DNA of 64,000 nt from Pseudogymnoascus verrucosus (Eukaryota), in the NCBI GenBank assembly GCA_001662655.1, contig KV460233.1. One strand, written 5' to 3'. The notes below the pieces were generated by a model, which did not search any database, was not told the DNA's origin, and saw only the letters and a list, made by a program, of their open reading frames with translations. Below, piece by piece: positions 10,549-22,053 of this stretch (positions are counted from its first letter, which is position 1; the number at the start of each line of letters is the position of its first letter). A program made the position numbers and the translations under genes.

Positions 10549-12601
10549 TCACCTACCAGGATGACTCTCAAAATCTTCCTCGCTATCATAGGCCAGATGG
10601 AGGGCCTCTTCAGCGTCATCATCCTCCGCGCCTTCTATGCCGTCAGCTGCTTTAATCAACACACCTATCTTTTGCCCGTCTTTCCGCCCTCTATCCACGT
10701 CAATCCACACGAATATAAACCCTGGTGTGACGATTAAACAGAGCAGAAACCAAAACGACGGTCTAATACCGCCCGTTCGATCGACGATCATTCCAACTAT
10801 CGCGGGTCCAAACACGCTGCTTCCCTTGTCTGTGATCGCATACAGAGCGTAAAACGCAGCTTCGTATCCAGGAGGGATCAGTTCGCCATAGAGACTTCGG
10901 CAATATGACGACAGTCCGCCGAGGACAAAGCCATAGAGGAGCCCGAGAGGGTACATCTCCCATGGCCTTGTGAGCGTGGAGAAGATTGGGATATAGTTGA
11001 GGAGGCCGTACAGCGGGATGAGAGAAAATAGGAATATGCAGGCGAGAATCGTATGCAATGGAGTCAGTTTAAGGTAGCGGGAGATGTGCGGCCATGTGAA
11101 TGCTCCTATGAGACCCGCAATGGTGACGAGCACGGAGATCCCTGCCAACGCGAGAGGGGGCATGCCGAGCGAGGTTTTAGCGAAGAGAATTGAGACGCCA
11201 GATACGGTGGCGATGGCGTCAGATAGGAGGAACCACGATGCGAGGAAGAGGAGGACATCTGGTAGAGCGGGGGTAAGGCGGATAGTTCTATATAGCGACG
11301 CCCATGAGTGCTTGATATAGGTTAACCCTGAGGTAGCCATGTTCGTAGGCAGAGGTGGTCCTGGGCGAGGCCGGAGCCAGAGGGCGGCTGGTATCGTGAA
11401 TACGAACCACCAAAGCCCGATAATGAAGAGGACGAGTCGGAGAGAAAATGTGGATGACCCCAGACCGAAAAGGATCAAGACTGATAATATTTGGACAAAA
11501 AGGGCGGCAGAATAGCTGATCCCGATACCTAGACTGGATATCTGAGTTGAGAGCTTAAGAGCGGTGGAGGTAGCTGGCACGGCCAGAGGGGTCGGATTTA
11601 GGAGGGCGCTTGTCGAATTTGTAAGACTGAGCGGTGGTTCGTCTTCAGCAATTGATTCTTCATCCTCTGTATATTGCTCGTCGGAGTTTAAATCCTCATC
11701 TTGTACTTCCGGGTGATGTCTGACCAGTAGTGGTAGAAAGGAGTTCAGTAGAACAAAGGATGCGCCCAAACATGTATTTGCGATGATGCCGAGTAGAGCA
11801 CCTATCAGGTATACCGATGGGACAACAGGTAGGAAGAGCATCGTGGCAACAGCCCCTGTCCATGCAAATATCAAGAGCAGCCTCTTGCGATAATTGCCGT
11901 GGTCCGCGGCGCATGATATGGAGATAACAACGAGGAACTGAAACAGAACCGACATAGAAAACGAATACATCGCAAAGCTAGCAGTGTTGATTTCCATTCC
12001 AAGAAAGTATATGACGCATTGGTCTGGTTCGGGAACATGGTTCCCACGGGAAAATAACGAGGCTGCATTCCCAGTCGAGTTGGGATGGGTGGAAGTGGCG
12101 ACGCAAGGAGTCGTTCTATCGGACAGCAGGACGCCATTCTCTCTTGCCAGTTGTTCGAGTGTGATAGGAACGAAAGACCCTAAAGATCAGAATTAGCAAT
12201 CAGGTCCTTGCGAGTGAAGCGGTGAGAAAAGACACTCGACGAAGTGGAGAGGCGGGGAGACACTATATATTCCCAGCGCATTTCACGACGCATTATAACC
12301 CTCTAAATGAACACATTGACTCACCCATGCCGCAAATAACAAAGACCTCAGCTGCAAATCCGTATGCGTACCATCCTGCCAACTCGCGTTTGCTGGTCAA
12401 CCTCGTATCTTCTCCAGCATACTGTGACCCCGCGCGCCGATGACCTCCTATATCTGAACCCATGGTTCTTTCGACGTCGGAGCTCGATCTCTCGTCATCT
12501 GCTTCAAAGGAAGATGAGTGTGAACGCAATGAATACTTTATGCTCGTTGTCGATTGTAGTCGTTCCGGAAGTGGTCGGCGCGTACGACGTTCGTTGGGCA
12601 T
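10549..12601 (-). CDS. ATG22: Autophagy-related vacuolar effluxer Atg22 (MFS); complement join(12325..12601, 10549..12179)
   Basis: Motifs '[27 protein letters not shown]', '[16 protein letters not shown]', '[27 protein letters not shown]'; many transmembrane helices. Confidence 0.92.
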
Positions 12602-13512
12602 ATCGAGAGGTAGGCCACAGGTCAGCTAGCCATAAGCTTCAGCTGTCAGCCACAGGTGGATAACGGGGAAGCTTGGTGTAACAGCGCTTATCGTAATTCG
12701 TATATGCTGGAGCTGGTCAAATCCAAAACCTTCATATCAATACTTTTCGCTCATAAGATATGGTTGCATATATTGACATGAACATTAACCTTCAAGCTCA
12801 TGATCATTGTTTCCAGTCGCGGTGGAGTTCAGGCGCTCACAAGACTCAGAGGCTCAGTGAGTGATCCACATACAAAAGTACCCGGAGAGATAATGGTCGG
12901 CAATGATCAGCGCTACCACATGGTCCATCCACGTGACGTCAATCGCGCTCGGAGGAGGCTCGCGGGCTCCGTCCATCTCGTCCCTCTCTTGTCGCCCGTG
13001 CCTCAAAGAACTGAGCCTGAATAATATCATGTAACAACACAAACCACAACGCTCAACAGCACCCATATCCACCCCTACGGACTCTGTCACTTCCTCTATA
13101 CCATCTCCTTTGAAAGTGATTTCAACCTCAAAGCGAAAACTTTTCAGCATCCACCCCAAGGACACAGCCAATCCAGTGTCGAAATCGTGGTCCAAGGGCG
13201 CTGGGAACAGAGTTCCAAAGTCGCATCATCGCCAACGCATCGCACGCTTAGTTTCTACTTACGTGATTCTCTGAATCATAATCGCACGGTGGTTAGAGAC
13301 CACTTTACAGGTCACTTCAGACGCAGATGCGAACTGAAGAACGGTGACAACACGCTCTCACGACAGCTTCAGCGGACGCCCTCGTCACGACCAATGCAGA
13401 CGTCTTGGAAGCAGCCAAGATAGAGTCGCAAGTACAGCCCATATCGGGAGAGGATAGAGGTGGGGAGTTGCGCGACGGCGCTGGAGGGGCAGAGGCGCAA
13501 GTGGAAGGGAAC

Positions 13513-16500
13513 ATGCCCGGTGTCATAATGGAGAACGGTTATGGAACTGGGGCGCACACAAACCACGATAGAGATGGGGCCCCGAATAGACCGAATGGTG
13601 CAGTGCAAGCCTCGAGTCGACCTGCGGAAAAGACTGGCATGCCTGTCCACCAGCAACCACCGAATCAATCAGTACAACTGAACGGAGCGAACGGTGCGCC
13701 AATGACACAATCGGCAGGTCACCCAGCAGGATCAGTGTCAAAGGATGCCAATATCCAGACCAAAAGCACTCCTCCGGAGATAAACCACATCACTGAAGGA
13801 TTCGAATCGCTACCAAACCTTCTCGCGAGATTAGCGCAAGTTACACACAACCAGCTGTCCGGAAAGTTGCTCGAGCTGGCTGGAATGAACATACAGCAGT
13901 CGCCCGATAATTCGAATGCTGTGAGCTTTGTAAGTGGTCCGGACGATAACTCTGCCGAAAACATAAAGAAGAAGGTCAATCTGCTCAAGTTTGCGGAAGG
14001 GGTACATTCGAATTGGACAAAGGCGCTTGTCATCACGCAGTGGAGTAGGATCGGCGAAGAAGTCAGTCGGGTTATAGACCTCAAAGCCCATTTAGATGAG
14101 CAGAAGCTCTACTATGATATCGCGGTACATGAGTTGAGCGAGGTCAAGAGAAGCTTGGTGCATGCGAGGTTACCCAACCCTGATCTGAGGACGGCTGTGG
14201 AGGTGCTGTCCACGGGAAAGGCGTCATGGATGCCAGACGTAAGTTGTTGCCCTGAAAGTCTTTATTATTGCTAACATGATATAGCTTGGTTACATTGAGC
14301 CCCCGCCGTTAACAGCAAAGGAGATCCTTCAATCATTACAGAACCTGAACACATTACTATCGATACGATTGAATCTACACGATTACGACAAGATACCCTA
14401 CCACTTCAGAAGCTACACAATCAAATCTGGCCGCGTGACTTTCAGAGTCGAGGGAGAGTTCGAGGTCGATCTCACTATTGCCGATGAAGATCCTGAAAAG
14501 CAATTCTGGTTCATTGACTTCCGGTTTTTGTTTTCTCCGTCTCCCTCAGCCCTGACGGATCAGATGCGTTTCTCGTTAGAGGCGAAGGTCAACACGGTTC
14601 TGGAGAAGGATGGGTTGGCAGGATGCTACAAAGTTTTACACGATTTGACTCTAACACACAAGATATCCGAGCTCAGGCGGCAAGCTTATGAGATTGGCAG
14701 ATCGAGATGGATTGACTCTTTAATGGTTGAGCCGTTACGGAGATCGCTTTCAATCCAGTACTGGGTCGATAGATATGGAAAAGACGGACCAAAGAGTTGG
14801 ATTATCATTGGCGTTGTCAGTGGAAAGAAGAAGGGTGCCTACCCCGACGAAAAGGAGACAAGCCGGATTGGCATTCGCTGGTTCCGAGACTCGAAAGAGG
14901 TAAGGGATGTCGAAATACCTCTTGAACTCACTACCTTATCGGTGGAGGGGTTGTTGCGGTCTGTCATTACCATGCACGTTTCGCACATCCTGGAAAGCAT
15001 GTACAAAAGCCTCCGAACAAAACCCCTATACGAGAACAGGGATCTCGTCTTGTCATTCAAGAAACCAACGGCGGCCGAACAAGAGCCGGAGCTCCACGTG
15101 CAGCTTACTTCTCAGTATAAAATCAACGTCATCGTTGAGTATATTACGGGGAAGTTTGCCATCAGTCCGTCATCGAGGCTCACAAGCCAGGCCGAATATA
15201 GGCTCAATAACCAGACCGTTGATCCAGCTTCGAATGGACACGAGTATATTGAGAACCTCCACTGCGTCCTGATATCGGAAGACACCGTGAACCGGGCTTA
15301 TACCGTAGGCTGGTTGCCTGTCAGGAACCCTCGCCTACCACAAGACGAGTTAAAACCCTTCTTACCACGAGACACGCTGCAGCTGTCGTGGTTCAAGAAG
15401 CCTGGGTGGGATCCAAACTGGTACTTGGCTCTAAGCTCAGGCATGAGTGGGGAGCGTTGGTGGTTAATAGAGGTCACCAACGTCCCCGACGGACCCAGGC
15501 CGGCTGCAGATTCAATTGTACTTGAGGGGCCAACAGTCAGGAGCCACATCCAGCTGCCACTTAAATCTGTGTCCCCTGCTCCGACCTACGCATTCTTATC
15601 AAGCCTACATTTGCTCTCAACATCTATGATATCTTACTACACTAATATGCGAGCTCTGCATAGCCGCCGAGCGAAATTTATGCTTCGGAATCCCTCTAAA
15701 AGCTCGTTATCTTCTCGGCAAAGCCAGCCAGCTCTATATGTCATGCTGTCGACTTTATTGCCTTCAAAAAACAGATCGCCTCGGACAGGCAAGCCGTGGG
15801 CGAAAGACGTACTCAAGGTCTCGTTTCAAGGAATCGAAACGTTGGAGCAAAAAGAAGCGGCTACAAGTCCTGCTGGTGGCTCTAGCCAATCACCGTCGAA
15901 TCCATCAACAGCCCCAAGCGGACCAATTGCCCCTCGACAATCAGAACCCGAAGAGGGTGCAATCATGATTGCAGAGGGCCATATGGAAACAGCCATCCCA
16001 GCAGGGCTTCTCGTCAAGCAACATGTCGATAAGGACATTGCATTCCATCCGTCAACCAGCGCTTTCGCCTTCCGCCTTCAGGCCAAGGTTGGAGAGCCCA
16101 GCATTACCCCTCTCATAGAGCGCCTTCAACGTGTTGAGCGACTTGTAGACTTCGTACAGGTCATCAACGCGCACCCAGACTCGCTGCACTGCGAAAGCGT
16201 CTCCTTAAGCCGACTCATATTCAGCTACGGCTGTGTACAAAGCCCAAGCCCCAACCAACCCAAAACAGAATCCCCACGATACCAAGCCATCATCGATTTC
16301 TCCAGTCAAACCACCAAACTTGAACTCCAACTCGAAGCCGGGAATCCACATATCCGCATCCTTGACCACCTCACCAAGATCCTCAACTCCCCACTCGGTC
16401 TCCATGGACTCGCCACCATCCTTCCCCTCACTCTCCCAGTTCTCCGTGCGCTTGATGCTGCAGAAGACTCATGGGAGGACATTCCAAGTAGCGAGTTGCA

Positions 16501-17251
16501 GATATTATGCCGCGCAGCTGACTGGTACGCCGTACGGTACATCCTGACGCCTCCCAGCGAAGGTGACAACAAAGCACCGCCGCCTCCAAAACGCATTGTT
16601 TTCGAAATCCGACTACATCGCCGCGGAAACGTGCCGTGGTGGTGTATGCGCCGCGACCAGAAGCATAACGCTGCAACCGTGGACCCACTGGATCTGGCCT
16701 TGAAGGAGAAGGTGTGGACTGGTAGTGAGAAGGGGGTCTGGATGGGTATGCAGTGTGCGGCTATTGCTCAGACTGGCGGCGCAGAGGCTATGGTTTTACG
16801 CGTCGATTCAGCTATGCGTGATCTGGCAAAAGATGGCACTGTATTTGCCAATGCTGCGCCCGGTGTGACGGGCGTGAAGGGCGAGGGAGGTGCTGCGGAG
16901 ATGACTGATGTGCTGGGAAGCCAGAGTGGACAGATGCAAGCTCAAGTTGTGAATGCGCCGAACAAGGCCCAGCCACAACGCCCTCAGACAAAATCCCCGG
17001 TCCTCCAGAAGCAGGTGCAAAAGAAGGCCCAGGTGCCGCCGACCACCCAGCAACAGAGGACACAGGCGGCCTTGAATGAAGCGCAGCACCGGGCACAGTA
17101 CCAAGCCCAGCAGCAAGCGAGGCAAAAGGAGATGCATCGGCAAGCTCAAATTCAAGCGCGGCAAGGACAGGGCCAGCAGAGGCCGAACCCGAATAACGCG
17201 AACGGGGGGAATGGGAATTCGGGGAAGCAGGATGCGATTGTAATAGACTAG
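13513..17251 (+). CDS. MED14: Mediator subunit Med14 (Rgr1); join(13513..14238, 14285..17251)
   Basis: 'PPEINHITEGFESLPNLLARLAQ', 'ARLPNPDLRTAVEVLSTGK', 'GRVTFRVEGEFEVDLTIADEDPEKQFWFIDFRF'; Q-rich C-terminal tail. Confidence 0.92.
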
Positions 17252-17891
17252 GATTAATGAGGTGTTATTTGGGGGGTGTAATTGCGGGTGGGAGCAAGTT
17301 GCTTGTGTTTTTTTGGTAAATACCCGATGGCCGGTATTGGCGGGGTGCGATGCATGGAAATATGGGTGGGGGTTTTAGTTCCAGAGTTTTTTTTGCTCTG
17401 AAGGGGATAAATGAAAGTGAATATTTAATGATGAGTCTTTTATGAGGGGTTGTCAGGTGATGTGATTGATGCTTTTGTCATGATGTCGATCGTGGTTTCC
17501 TCATACCCGCTTATATGAGAAACGAGGCGTGTGTCTTATCCGGGCTCCCCCGTAGAGCTTATGTCCTGCTCTCTCCCCAAACACCTTTAACACTGCTCTG
17601 GATTAGATGCCAAGGAGTAACTCCGCGGAGCTCTTTATCTTGATCAATATCCAGCACTATGAGTTAGGGATTTTGGTGGTTAGCTCCCAAAATAGTACGA
17701 TTTTGACGCTGATAGACCACTAATGAACACTTTTATTTAGAGCCTCAAGTAAAACATTCTTACCAAGCACAAATCCCGAATTACATGTCGACTTCCCATG
17801 TGGGACTAGCAAGGAAATTGTACTTTTGGAGACGGAGGATTTTGTAAATATGGATTTCCTTCTGGTTTTCTCACCTGCTAACTTATCATAG

Positions 17892-18779
17892 CCCGTGCAG
17901 TCTCCAGTCCATGTTATCGTCGCAGGCATCAATCCATCCGACCCAGATAGTATCGATATACCAGAGGATAACGTCCCAAGCACGGGTAATATCCCAGTCG
18001 AGCTCGAGAGTACCGATATACCGAGGGGAGACTTCCCAAACACGGATAACCCAGTCGAGCCCGAAGTAAACGTCCCAAACATGGATAATATCCCAGTCGA
18101 GCCCAAGAGTACCGATATACCGGGGGTAAACGCCATAAATACAGAAAATATCCCAGTCGAACCCGAACGATCCATCCTACAGCCTCTGACCCTCGCCACT
18201 ACAACTATCGATGTCCTCGCCGGGACTCAAGTTCCAACCATCGATATCATCTTCAACAGCGCCGGCATAATGAACATCCAGGAATATACCCACAGGAGGG
18301 GAAGGATCGAGATGTACTTCTCCATAACCAACATCGGCTACTTTCTCTTCGCCTGTTTAATAGCGCCGCATCTTATTAAGCCAGCAGGCCACACCCCAAA
18401 CGAGCCGATGCTTGTAACAAACGATAGGCGGCCGTTTCGCAAAAGGTCGACTATAGTATGGGCCGATCTGCGTTACGGCATTTTAGGAAAGGAAGAGGAT
18501 GGCTGGTCGCCGATACGGAGATTTGGGGTATTCAAGAAGATGTCGCGTCGAATACCGGATGAAGAGTTAATCTTTTCAGATTGTGTGACAGAACTTCAGC
18601 GAGCGTGGACTTGGTATTGTTTTATACCGAGTCTTATGTTTGTGCTTCCCAGAGCTATCATTTACATGCTTGACTTGCTCGTGTTCGTTTGTCTTTCGAT
18701 TCTTGTTGTTGCGGGTGTTACTCGTTTTATAGCACTTGTACAGGAGTTTTATAGGGATATCAACTGGGAGGCGTTGTAA
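17892..18779 (+). CDS. Chimeric hypothetical protein (acidic Pro-rich repeats, short-chain dehydrogenase fragment, two C-terminal hydrophobic helices); 5' exons uncertain, possibly a pseudogene
   Basis: Open frame follows a gctaac..tag acceptor at 17891. 'IDIIFNSAGIMNIQE...IEMYF..TNIGYFLFACLIAPHLIK' resembles the NNAG/NHxGHF region of retinol-dehydrogenase-like SDRs, but no Rossmann GxxxGxG or YxxxK motif is present. Confidence 0.45.
   Translation, partial: PVQSPVHVIVAGINPSDPDSIDIPEDNVPSTGNIPVELESTDIPRGDFPNTDNPVEPEVNVPNMDNIPVEPKSTDIPGVNAINTENIPVEPERSILQPLTLATTTIDVLAGTQVPTIDIIFNSAGIMNIQEYTHRRGRIEMYFSITNIGYFLFACLIAPHLIKPAGHTPNEPMLVTNDRRPFRKRSTIVWADLRYGILGKEEDGWSPIRRFGVFKKMSRRIPDEELIFSDCVTELQRAWTWYCFIPSLMFVLPRAIIYMLDLLVFVCLSILVVAGVTRFIALVQEFYRDINWEAL
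17945..18170 (+). repeat. Degenerate coding tandem repeat (NIPVEPE / STDIP units; 99-bp higher-order period)
   Basis: cccagtcga recurs at ~17993, 18050, 18092 and 18152; taccgatataccg at ~18010 and ~18110. Confidence 0.75.
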
Positions 18780-19740
18780 GTTTCCCATTTCAGTGCGGAT
18801 GGATATGAGCTAACTGGGTTTAGGATATGGGAATCATCTGGGGAAGTGTGATTGATTGTGTATCGGAGTTTACAGACGTCAAACTACAGCGTTGAGCGAT
18901 GAAGATGGGAAGCGGAGTTGGTTGAGTGTTGGCCCTTGAAGCTCGGGGCCACAAAGCGACTTTTTTTTATACCTAGTATTCTCAAATAGAAAGTTTTTTA
19001 GGCTCATAAATCATAAGAGCTGCCAAGTTGATTTCCCTCCTGCCTATATTTTTGTATGGAAATAATTTCTATGCCAGTAGAAAATATTATGAGACTAAGC
19101 CATATAATGCCAAAAAAACAGATTATTTTCAAAATAAGGAAATATTATACTACAGTAGAAGGCGAATTGGGTGTCGCTGGTTTTTAAGTTAGTTTATTTT
19201 AGCGGGGTCCATTTCCAGACACTTGTGGCTGTGCAACCCTGCCTGCTTGTACTCTAAAGGTACCGCCCCTGGTTGTCTCGTAGAGCGGAGCCGAATCTTG
19301 CCGATCTACGCCTCACGCTCAAGTACAGTACACCTTCGGATGACCTACTGTACAGAATCGCTAGGGCGCTAAGTCAATGTCATTACCATACCATTTGTCG
19401 TACATATTTGCTCTGGTTTCCAATTAAAGCAGATTATCACATAATAATAAACTTTTATTGCTATTACTAAAAATTAGGACAGTAGTAGCCGCAGCGCAAC
19501 CAACTTTTGACATAGAAATAAGTACAGATTAACTAGTCCCTGTCCATAATAGTGATTGTAAGACACTAGTTATAAGCCTTTTCTAACCCACTTAAGATTG
19601 AATTACCCTTGCCATTGGGAACGCGACTAGACAACTACAAATTTCTCCTCCCACAGTAAACTACGCGCAGACATTATCCTCTGAAAATTGTCATACGTCG
19701 TTGCAACTTCGTAGGATGTCGCCAATCCTGTACTGTAGTT

Positions 19741-20070
19741 TTAGGCGGCAAAACAAACGAGACCAGTTCCATCAAAAACAGGCCTTGCGCAGCAGGGGGG
19801 AAACTTTGCTCTAGTAGCAGGGCAAGTAGTAGTACTAGAGACTGCGTTTTGTTAGACAGTCCTCGTAAAGCTACTTCAGATTAACTTACCTTTGATGCAG
19901 TCCTGTCCAACCCCTGTAATAGAGAACAAACTCAACGAAACAAATTGTTTACAGCAAAATTTAATAGTAGTAGTAGGACAAGTTGGTGCTCTTGCTTCAA
20001 GATCTTCTACAGGAGCTGTAGTAGCTGCAGTAGCTAGTATAAATAGAGCTAAGATCTTATTAAAGTGCAT
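19741..20070 (-). CDS. Hydrophobin-like small secreted protein, 93 aa; complement join(19890..20070, 19741..19841)
   Basis: Signal peptide MHFNKILALFILATAATTAP and propeptide-like LEAR. After splicing intron 19842..19889 (GTAAGT..CTAAC..CAG) there are 8 Cys in the pattern C-X7-CC-X17-C-X8-C-X9-CC-X11-C. Confidence 0.85.
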
Positions 20071-20258
20071 AGTGAAATGTTTAGTAGTGCTGATGGGAAG
20101 GTTGTAGGTTAATTGGTTGTATGAAGATATGAACAAAAAAAAATCGAATGATATGATTATGAACAGCGAGGTCGCTTCTTATAGGCAAATCACGAGCTCT
20201 AAACAGAGTGCAACTCTTTTCAGCTATACAGTAGGAAATAGCTGAAGATTAGCTCTAC

Positions 20259-20492
20259 AACCACGATCGGAGGAGGGTTGAAGATAGATCGGCTTGTTCC
20301 GGCCAACCACGATCGGAGGAGGGTTGAAGACAGATCGGCTTATTCCGTCTAACCACGATCGGAGGAGGGTTGAAGACAGATCGGCTTATTCCGTCTAACC
20401 ACGATCGGAGGAGGGTTGAGGACAGATCGGCTTATTCCGTCTAACCACGATCGGAGGAGGGTTGAAGACAGATCAGCTTGCTCCGGCCAACC
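20259..20492. repeat. Minisatellite, 5 x 46 bp (aaccacgatcggaggagggttgaagacagatcggcttattccgtct)
   Basis: Near-identical head-to-tail units start at 20259, 20305, 20351, 20397 and 20443. Confidence 0.95.
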
Positions 20493-20648
20493 TCTGAGGC
20501 CATATGAATCCTCACGCTCTGTAGCAAATATTATATATAGTCCAGCTACTCGAGATTAGATCGAATTCGCGAATGGTCTAGACTACCCATCGAATATCAA
20601 TGTTTGCAAATAGCGTAGACTACTTACGAAAGATAGCTGTAGTTTTTT

Positions 20649-21134
20649 TTACCACCCCCAACGTCTATATCCATCCCTTCCATCGCAGCCAGGCTCATCA
20701 ACGAAAGCAAGTTGGTATGACTTATATTGCGACATCTTATGTAGATAGTAGTCTCGAAGGTCGGCATTCCGTTGTTGAGCGATACGATGGATCATTGTTC
20801 TCGTACAGCCGATTGATCGCAGGAACCGACCGAGCGGTCTTTCCGAAATCCTTTTGCGAAACTTACGATAGAGGAAATCCGCCATCTCAGATCGGTACAG
20901 GTAGGGCTGCTCAAGTATTAGATCACAGAGGGCTTTGTCCATGGCTGGTGTAATGCAGCTACGACGGCCGGCACGCTTTGCTCGTTGGATGGGCATTTCG
21001 AACTGCTTCAGGCGGATTCTCTGGACGGCGCGTACGCTGCACAAGGCTACTGAGGCTGTTAGCTTGGTTTTAAACCCTTCTTTAAGCAATATTTTGATCA
21101 AACTATGCTTCACAGCATCCAGTTGCGGCGCCAT
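20649..21134 (-). mobile_element. Truncated Tc1/mariner-IS630 superfamily transposase relic
   Basis: HTH 'CSVRAVQRIR', 'GRRSCITPAM', 'PYLYRSEMADFL', 'IAQQRNADLRDYY', then the first catalytic Asp region 'LAFVDEPGCD...RRWGW' followed by a stop. The rest of the DDE domain is absent. Confidence 0.85.
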
Positions 21135-22053
21135 GATCGTGGCTGACACAAAGCGCTGACACGAGAGTGCTGACTCTGGTGGGTTTTAGAAGAAGATTGG
21201 GAGAGGGTGGAAGGAAAGCCAGTCTTGGGGTGAGCGGCCGATTTTACCTCTGTATCTGCAAAGCCACAACAAGCCGCTGGTCTACCCCACAGTTTCACAA
21301 ATAAAGTTATCTAAAATTCCACGACACCCGATTCGCCTTCTACTGTACGTCCAGCTAAAATGAAAGTAAACATTAATTCACCATTTCCCGAACTTGATAA
21401 TTAATAATTTCCGATCTACCGTTCCATCACTCCCCTACAAACACCTCTGATGAGTCAGTTATTTATTTCCCTGTACAGAAAGCCCGTCGTCGTCGTGAGA
21501 ATCCCGCAGAAAGCCACTATCCCCACTAACGCCACACGCCACCGCCACACCCACTTATATTACCCCACCCGCAACGACACGCGGCTACGCCAGCCTTGCG
21601 CCAATGACAGAGCAACCCCTACCATAAGCTTCCAGAAGCATCAAGAACCCCCCCGAACGACACCGAGGCAGACGGAGAGTTGTCGTCAGCCCGCGTTCTG
21701 TCACTTTACTATGGTGTGAGTCTTTCTTTTCCGTTCTGGACTGGTGATGGACAGGGTAGGTAGGGATGGCGTGCGTATGTCGGTGGGTTTGTGGATGTGT
21801 ATGGTGGAACTAGGGGGGCGCGGGAGGGGAGTTCGCCTCCGGGATGGGATGGCGTGGACAAGTTGTTACCTGTGTGGGTGCTGGGTATATATTCGGATGG
21901 TCTGCTGGTTTGTAGGTTCTTCTTTCTTTCATTATCATCTTCATCATCATCATCGGTTTTTTTATCTCTCCGATATCTCAGTCTACTACCAAAATCACCT
22001 ATCCAACACACAAACTTCTCACATCATCAACACCAACAAACAAACAACCAACC

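Noticed and set aside
10269..10737. Short ORFs between the HeLo-like gene and ATG22
   Set aside because: Non-ATG or weak starts, overlap with ATG22 antisense or 3' UTRs, and no protein-like features.
20259..20492. CRISPR-like appearance of the 46-bp array
   Set aside because: Units are contiguous with no unique spacers, no cas genes are present, and the DNA is eukaryotic.
20500..21320. Terminal inverted repeats or an intact transposon
   Set aside because: I could not find a convincing matching TIR pair, and the DDE domain is truncated.
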